NCBI RefSeq assembly: GCF_006345805.1 | Contig: NC_042997.1 | Location: 150,474,001 to 150,538,000 of the forward strand | Direction of reading: 5' to 3' | DNA: 64,000 nt | From: Octopus sinensis | Taxonomy: Eukaryota | Part shown: piece after piece, positions 55,953 through 64,000 of the stretch | Numbering within the stretch: position 1 is the first letter of the stretch | Layout of the letters: every line of letters starts with the position of its first letter | The notes under the pieces: generated by a model | Databases searched by the model: none | What the model was told of the DNA's origin: nothing | Seen by the model: the letters and a program-made list of their open reading frames with translations, nothing else | Program-made: the position numbers and the translations under genes

Positions 55953-56461
55953 CGTGCGCACAACAAAACTTTGGCATAGTCGTGTGGGAAAGTACATAAA
56001 CCTTTGCCAAGGAGGCTGATTTACAAGTTATATTCATCTGAATTCCGTCGGTGAAATTTACGGTGCGTAGATGTATTATACCGTAGTGACGGCTGCATTT
56101 TGCAAATCATATTAAGCACATATTTGTCGTAATAAATAAGTAAATGAACCGACGTATTTAGAAATAGAAGTAAATATATTACTAATGTTGAGTGTGAAGA
56201 ATTCAGTATACAAAGATTTTAAAATATCATGAATTATTTTTTAAGATGACGTCTGATGTTGATTGTTTATAGGAAAAGTTTTGATTTTACACATTCAATC
56301 TGAATAAAGTAATAAAATATGAGAAAAGAAATTAAGAAGAAAACAAACATGTCTATGAAATACATAAAACAGTAGAATTATGCTTCGCATTTTCAAATAA
56401 GTTAAATCTTATAGCTTTCGGCATGGATATAGAGCTTTCACTACACACACACACACACACA

Positions 56462-56522
<61 letters not shown>

Positions 56523-56536
56523 GTATGTATGCGTGC

Positions 56537-56577
<41 letters not shown>

Positions 56578-56663
56578 GATAGATAGATAGATAGATAGAT
56601 AGATGGATATTGATATAGATATATAAGTATATATATATATTATATATATATATATATAATATA

Positions 56664-56749
<86 letters not shown>

Positions 56750-56939
56750 ATATATATACATGTGTATAAACAGAAGGAGAAAATGCTAATAATACTTAAT
56801 ATATTGAATCTAAAGTAAAGAAAATTTTAAATCAAATATAAGATAAATGAATAACCATAATGAAATAAATACGTTTGGGATTTATGTAATGAAACAAAGA
56901 AGCCGACATTTTTCTTTTTGTATAATTTAAATCTTGCAG

Positions 56940-56984
56940 ACATTTCTACAAACGATGAAGAGATTTCAGTCGTAAAAGACTAAA
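56940..56984 (+). other. Candidate micro-exon, copy 2 (DISTNDEEISVVKD-stop)
   Basis: Acceptor TTTAAATCTTGCAG and consensus donor GTAAGT at 56985. Confidence 0.4.
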
Positions 56985-57062
56985 GTAAGTATACATATAC
57001 GGAGTATGGGTAATGGGGAGGGGTACGCATGTGTACCTGCAGGTGCAAACTCATGTGTGTGC

Positions 57063-57101
<39 letters not shown>

Positions 57102-58494
57102 CGTGGGTGTGTGTGTTTGAGTCTTCACGTATGTGTTTATCTGTTTGTAACGCTTCTGCAGAGAGTAAGAGACGAGCTGGTAAAAAAAAATAAAATGAAT
57201 AACTTTAAGAAAGACATGTGATTAATAGAGACAAAATTAATGGTAAGTCATGGAAATATAACCAAGTGAAAGACAGAAGATAATAGAGTTTGTAAAGTAA
57301 GATAATATTCTAAATACTGCTTCTAGTGTTATACATTGTTCTGCAGAACTCGCCTATCTCTCAACATCAGTTAGATTTTACTGGGTTGTAAGTGAGACGA
57401 ATGGTGTTCTGGAAATACATGATTCATAGCTGCAGCTGCTATTATGATGTTAATAATTTTGCATCGCAGCCACGTCTCTCTAGCACTGAAACCAAAGTTC
57501 CTCATGATAAACGATTCTCCTGTTAGTATAGCATCGTTTTCACTAGCACATTCAGTGGATTTTGAAAGAAGAGAAGCTGTTCGAAGCAGAAGAAAAATAT
57601 TTCGAAATAGTGTAGAGAGTAATTTCATTTATTTTGCAAGTGAATTATTTATCTCATCGGAGTTATACAACTTCACGATAGCTTGAGATAATGATTGTCA
57701 ATCTATAAAGGGAAAATAATGACTCCAGATAGCATCCTGACCTCGGAATTCATTGGTTACTGCAGATCACATGCGACACTACTAACACAGTGCAATCATG
57801 CAGATCACAAATTATTCTTACAACCAATAAGAATATATCCGTCTTCAAGGGATACGAATGTTCTTCCTTTTAAAGGAAATTCCATTTTGGCATATATTTG
57901 CCAAAGATTTGAACTCACAATATTAGCAATTAAGTCTACCATTTTGCAATTGAAATAGCAGATACATGGAAATTTCTTCAATGTTTCATTTTATTAATTG
58001 TTGTAAGGCATTAGCAAGGAAGTACTTCTCTCTACACATTGAAGTTATCACTCAGTAGTGTAGCAATTTCAGGATCTTAATTATTTGTATTGCGTGTGTA
58101 TGATAGTATCCACAAATGACACTTTCCTTGCAGCAGTATTAATGTATCATAAGATCGATTTCTCTTCAGTTTCTTAACAAGAAAATTATACTTTATAAAT
58201 TTTGTATCATTGCTCTTGTTTCTACGTCTAGCATAAAAGTCAATCGGTATTGATACAATTTGAAATATGATCTCTCTGGCTCGATATATGTCTTTACCTA
58301 CTGATTCTATGTTTGTTCTGTAGATTTAGAAAGTCTATATGCAAAGACTGTTGTTGGAGATGGTAAACTGGGGACTTGCCAAATACCAAATGGATAAAAT
58401 GTAGCATTTTCGAAATAAATTTTCTGCAATAACGAGATGGTTAATTCTTTAATACTAAATTATCTTAGTCCTCTGTCCTTCTTTTGTATGTTTT

Positions 58495-59190
58495 ATGTAT
58501 ATGATACTAGTTTTAATTAAAACAAGTTTCACTTGTGCCTCTGAGAACCTAATTTATGTAATAACCTGCTCAGGTTGTGGATATAACTATATTGGATATA
58601 CGAGTATGTCCTTGAGACGGAGAACCACTTCACATAAAGAGCAAATCTGTTCCACGAAATACGGGCAAATTCCTCTCAGTGAACATATAGAAAAATGTGC
58701 AGATAACATCAAATGAAATTGCAGTCTTCTCCTTCTACAAGTGCAAAAACATAATTTCTCCCCAAGAACGTTTAAATAAAGAAACTATTTTCATCGAAAA
58801 ATACAGAACAGGTCTTAATTTGCTCGCATAACCAACTTTTATCTTTTTACATATTTCAGTTCACGATTACATCACTGTACATAAATCCCTTTTCTAAACA
58901 AATTTTTCGAAGCATTTCTGTGTATATATATATACCTTCCCCTCCACTTACCAAACGCTGAACAGCTATCTCCCTTGCCATCAACAATAACAATAACGAT
59001 AGCCAATTACTTACCCTTATTTTTCTCTTTACCAGTCAAGTCATTGACTGGTAAATATCATCACAAACATGGACAAAAATTTCTTCTTAAGAAAATACAT
59101 ATTCAAATAAGTAAACCATGATATCATGAATAGCGAAATCGAAACCGTTGGATGAATTAAAAATGATATTAAACTATGTAAAATGTCTGT
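58495..59190 (+). mobile_element. Penelope-like element remnant: GIY-YIG endonuclease plus 3' region
   Basis: IKTSFTCASENLIYVITCSGCGYNYIGYT...QIPLSEHIEKCA, then after a frameshift FSFYKCK...RLNKETIFIEKYRTGLN (to ~58830). Collinear with the endonuclease at 33715-34035. Confidence 0.85.
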
Positions 59191-59205
59191 ATTTTACTTT
59201 TTAAA

Positions 59206-59291
<86 letters not shown>

Positions 59292-59559
59292 TATGTATAT
59301 ATATATATATTATGTAGCTGCATGCTGTTGGGATTGCAAAGCTAAAGATTCCTTCCAGCTTTTGTAGGTGACGCTTCATAATCTTGATGCTAGAGCGGTT
59401 TCAAAAGTTAAATCTTTCATCGCATCTGTAAAGGATTAAATCTGATAATCTGCTTGTATTTGCAACAAGGGTCGTTGCAGCTGGTACGTACTTTACGGCA
59501 CGTGCAGGAAAGTACAGCACCACCGGAAACGCACTGCGTAAACGAGTGAAGGGTCCCGG

Positions 59560-59760
59560 TCATGTTTTAATCTCAGACTATAATATTGGACGGCATACCT
59601 TATACTACAATACCCCCGATACTTCGCACAACTCTTCTACTGTTTGAGAATCTCTTTTGCTATGATCTGAAAACTGAGCTAGGCAATGCTCTGTTTCACG
59701 CCATGTTTTGTCGGTGCAGTTCTGTATTTCCATAATCTAACCACACTTTCAGGATTGTCA
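59560..59760 (-). mobile_element. Possible mariner transposase HTH fragment
   Basis: QSIA...KRDSQTVEELCEVSGV...CRPIL-SE loosely matches the mariner R-T--ELAE--GIS--S---IL-E-L segment; several stops and shifts. Confidence 0.3.
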
Positions 59761-61010
59761 ATAAGTCTACTTTTCTACCTAATTCCCTCTACATTGTTGA
59801 TATCCGGGTATTCGTGAGCATTCACTGCCGAAACTGAAAGATCATTAATGACTCGGCCATTTAATTTAATGTACAAATCTGTATCGCTTTCCTGTGTTGC
59901 ATTGAGATATCCAGATCCGTATCAGCTCTAGTATTAGACGCTGTTTTCTCACTCGGGAAAGAGTGAGAGTCTCCAGTGGAGAAAGACATTCAAGTTTCTC
60001 TAACATGTCTCGTATAATACTGTAGCTGACGCTCCTCGTATAGAGGCAAGCTGTGTTAACGAATTTGACAATGTATGTGTAAAAGTAATTATCGGTGACG
60101 ATTTTCGATCTAATATTAGTTAAATCCACATAGGTTGTAGTAATTTCAATTGATTAATATTTCTAGTAAGACCATAAAGATAACACGTTTATTTCTTACA
60201 TCCCTCAGAATTTTGAGAATCACTTATACACAATCAATAATAAATGAGCAGCAGCGGATAATATTGTGTGGTGCATTTCGTTTTCATATTGTTTGTATTT
60301 CAATTACCTTACTTCACTAAGTTCATTGTAACAGATGTGAACGTTTCAAAACCTTCTTTACTCTATTTGCAATGCAAATGTATTGTGCTTATGCAAGATA
60401 CCACTAATTGATCAAAGCTTTTGTCGCTTACATCACTCACTATGTATCCAGCTAAGTTTACTTTAGCATTTAACAGATCAAATGAACAGAGAATTATCAG
60501 CAACTGAACAAATATTATAGCATGAATAATGATGCACCAACACCCAGATATATACACATACGCTCACATTCACAATAAACACACGCATGTGTCTATGAAT
60601 ATACGCGCATACGTATAATAGTGTAACCTTTATAACATGTGCTATCAAATTCATTACAATGTATGACATCATATATATTACAATATCAAAGCGAGGTCGT
60701 AAAGTGTTTAACCGCTTTCCATCATGGTATACAGGCAGTTTTGGCGTGTAACGACATATCCAGCAACACATAAAATCATTTTTCTTTATTTATAAATAAG
60801 CTATTATCTTACAAAAAATATATTTAATGAATAAACTATTCCTTACCCGTTATTGTTTAATATCATACACCATAATTTCATTCAACAGATATATAATATA
60901 TATATATATATTATATATATATATATATATTATATATATATATATATATATAATATATATATATATATAGATAGATAGATAGATAGATATAAATATAGAT
61001 AGATACAATA

Positions 61011-61055
<45 letters not shown>

Positions 61056-61683
61056 GATAGATAGATAGATAGATAGATGTATATGTATATGAAACATATT
61101 AAATCTATTGTTGGCTTTCATGTTTCACTTTTATTTTCACGTATGTGCAATAAACAAAGACATTTTTGTATTTCTGTTTTTTGGATAAATTTTTCCGATG
61201 CCGGCCAAAGAAAAAACTGTATCTGCATTTCAAAACTGTCTGTGAACCAAACTCATGGAAATATAATTAAGCGTTAATTTATATTCCATCCGGAAATACA
61301 TCCTTTATTTAATGTGATATAATACGCGTTTCGCTTGACAGCCTTTCCATAGATTATGTCTTATCTTTGAGCGTGTGGAAAGGTATATTGTGTGCTTAGT
61401 GTTAAAAGACCTTAGAAATTGAACTATGCTTGATGAGCGTAACTATCATGTTTAAGATAACTATCAACCCCTGTTGGGTTTACATACAATGCTCATTTGT
61501 TTTATTCCTAATACTTGTAAAGAGTCGATTTATACATGAAGCTTACTGTTGCAATAAATAACGAATTCGGAAACCATTTCCAGCTAATAAATGATTACAT
61601 ACACATACAGTCACACGTATGAACACACGCGCAAACACTAACCTACGTATATGCCTAAATATATATATATATAATATATATAT

Positions 61684-61720
<37 letters not shown>

Positions 61721-61819
61721 TTATTTTATTATTTTGTGTATGTCAGTCATTTTGACTGTGGCTATAGTGATCACCACCACACACACGCATGCACATACTC
61801 ACACATATTTTACTTGTTA

Positions 61820-61985
61820 CAGTCACATTTTGTTCTCTCTTCTATTTTCCCCTCATTCCTTTCTGTCAAAGAGCGTAGACTCGAAACGTAAAAGACTCCA
61901 ATTTTTCCCGAGCGTTGAACTAATACACCTGGTTGTTCTCCCTACACTTGTCATCGTCTTTTGTTTCTTGTAAATTTGAAATATA
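61820..61985 (+). repeat. Second copy of the minimal-hammerhead repeat
   Basis: CCTTT-CTGTCAA-A-GAGC-GTAG-ACTC-GAAAC-GTA-AAAGAC at 61858-61896. Confidence 0.7.
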
Positions 61986-62045
61986 TATACACATTTATGT
62001 GCGTGTGTGTGTGTGTGTCTTTCTCCCTCTCTCTCTCTCTCTGTC

Positions 62046-62085
<40 letters not shown>

Positions 62086-62100
62086 ATTTATATCGTATTT

Positions 62101-62520
62101 TATTTTCTTTTACTTATTTCAATGATTAGACTGCAGGCAATCTTGGGGCACCGTCTTGGGAAAATTTACCCGAGCGTATCGATCCTGCAAATAATGTATT
62201 TCTCTTTAAATTTCTACGCCTAGTACTTGTTCTACCAATTTCTTTTGCTGTTAACGCTAAGTTACTGGAATCTAAACAAACTAACGCCGATGGTCGGGCG
62301 GTGGTTGTTCCCAATACTGGCATAGAGATACACATACACTTGCACACGCAGACACACACACTCACACACCCACACAGAGGCATGTATGACAAGTTTCTTT
62401 CAGTTTCCGTCTACCAAATACACACAGAGGGATTTAGGCTGTAGTTGAAAACACCCAAATGACATGAAGTGGCATTGAACCATGGTGTTTAGAAGGAAAC
62501 TTCTAACCTCAGAGTCATGC
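62101..62520 (-). mobile_element. SINE family A, strongly diverged
   Basis: TTTTACTTATTTCAATGATTAGACTGC...CCTAGTACTTGTTCT...internal (CA)n...TTTCTTTCAGTTTCCGTCTACCAAAT. Confidence 0.7.
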
Positions 62521-64000
62521 TACTGTAAGTATGTTCGAGTTTATTTCTTTTGATCACACCGGAAGTTCAATAGCTCTAGGATTTCATTTTGGACAATAAA
62601 AAAACATTCTTTCCACGTACAATCTAAGCAACGGTTCACCATTCCTCGTGGAATGCAGTAGGCTACCAGACACAGTCTTTGAATGCTTTCGCTGCCACAA
62701 TGATAGATAACATCTCACTTCTTCAGAACTTTATAAGACATCTGTTCGTACATCGAAAGCAATACACAAAACATTTTGTCGTGTACTGAAACTTGCCAAT
62801 TTAGAAATATTTCAGTAAAATCATGAAACAATACGAGTCAAAATAAAGTTGTATATTCGTATTTAACACGTTGTTTCATACTTGTAATTACTCGTTGCCG
62901 AGAAAAAAATTTCCTAACAAATCTCGTTTGCAAAATCACAACATATTCCAAGTGAGATTTTGCAGAGTTCCGAGCACGTTGATTTAGCGTACTTTTGATT
63001 CTTCCTGGGCTGGTAGATATTACTCTGTAATTTCGAACTAGACAAGAATTCCTGTTGCTCTAAAGAAACAGCAAGAAAAATTCTCCTATTATTTACCAAG
63101 GTGACAAAGGTTAGGAGTAATTTAATATAAGTTCAAGAAGATAAAAATTATCGTGGTTACATAAATTCGGTCAGTAATTTTCCCAGAAATATTGTGCAAT
63201 TCTTCCCTCAATCAATGAGTTTCAAAATAAGAGAAGGATATGTTGCGTAGTGTGGTCATTAATTTAGAGTCATGTTTCGACTACGCTTGATCGTAAGCTT
63301 TCTAGATCGTTGCTATTCTGAGACAACACAGCTACAACAACGGTAGTTTCAATAACAGCAACAGCAACAGCAGCAAGAACAACAGCAACAACACTAACTT
63401 GATATTTTGCCACACAATCCATTACATCTAATTCTTATATATATATAAGGAATATTGGTAAATTGTTTGTTTTTGTACAACAGTCACCTTCCAGATTTTC
63501 TGGGCACATCAACCATATGAATCTCACCAAACTCGTTCCAAGTGTAGACTATAGTGTTATATTATATCTCCCCCCACTTACAGAAGCATCCAAAAATTTG
63601 TTGTGTAAGGTTATGTCTGTAGAAAATGTTCAACCTCTTTCATATCAAATCTGACTACTGTTGTTCTTCCACATATTATAAAAAAATGTTATTTACATTT
63701 GTGTTGTTCGTTGTACAGGTTGTCTTCATTGCCTAATTTACAATGAGCAGGTTAAATGTTGTTTATGTGAGAAAAAGCACAGAGTAAATAGCACTAACCA
63801 TTATAGCACCACATCCAGATCAATTGGAAGCAATCTTCCTTGAAGTTTTTATTTGTTCTTTTCAGACATTTATGGTTGCCATCTGGGAGAAAGAGAATTA
63901 TTGAATCATCAAAGACGATAACATGTCGGAAAGAAATTCAATTATAATTTTTTTTTCTGTGTACACTCAAAGAAATTGCTTTTCGTCAACTATGTTTAGT

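Noticed and set aside
57371-57958. Overlapping 80-87 aa ORFs
   Set aside because: No recognisable domain, conflicting strands, and lengths compatible with chance.

Overview
AT-rich animal genomic DNA, dense in microsatellites and mobile-element remnants. The SINE families and repeat density suggest an octopus or other cephalopod; this is inferred, not proven. I could not confidently identify any host protein-coding gene, and most ORF-track entries are translated microsatellites (YI/CV/TH/YL runs). Recognisable elements: two decayed Helitron RepHel fragments covering complementary halves of the protein (about 663-3725 on -, 36806-38085 on +); a decayed, probably Chapaev-type DNA transposon (about 21067-23520); a 5'-truncated Neptune-type Penelope-like element (PLE; RT + GIY-YIG, 32757-35720) and a second PLE remnant (58495-59190); a LINE APE-endonuclease fossil; about 18 tRNA-derived SINE copies from at least four families; and two MITE-like fold-backs. 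The most interesting signal is a hammerhead-ribozyme (HHR) system. A perfect palindrome with 157-bp arms (45577-45924) carries two inverted copies of a type I HHR with an intact core. Two other dispersed repeats carry minimal HHR-like motifs with a shared core variant. These units all sit in or beside (TA)n tracts, and the palindrome lies within a 1.7-kb cluster of nested fold-backs.
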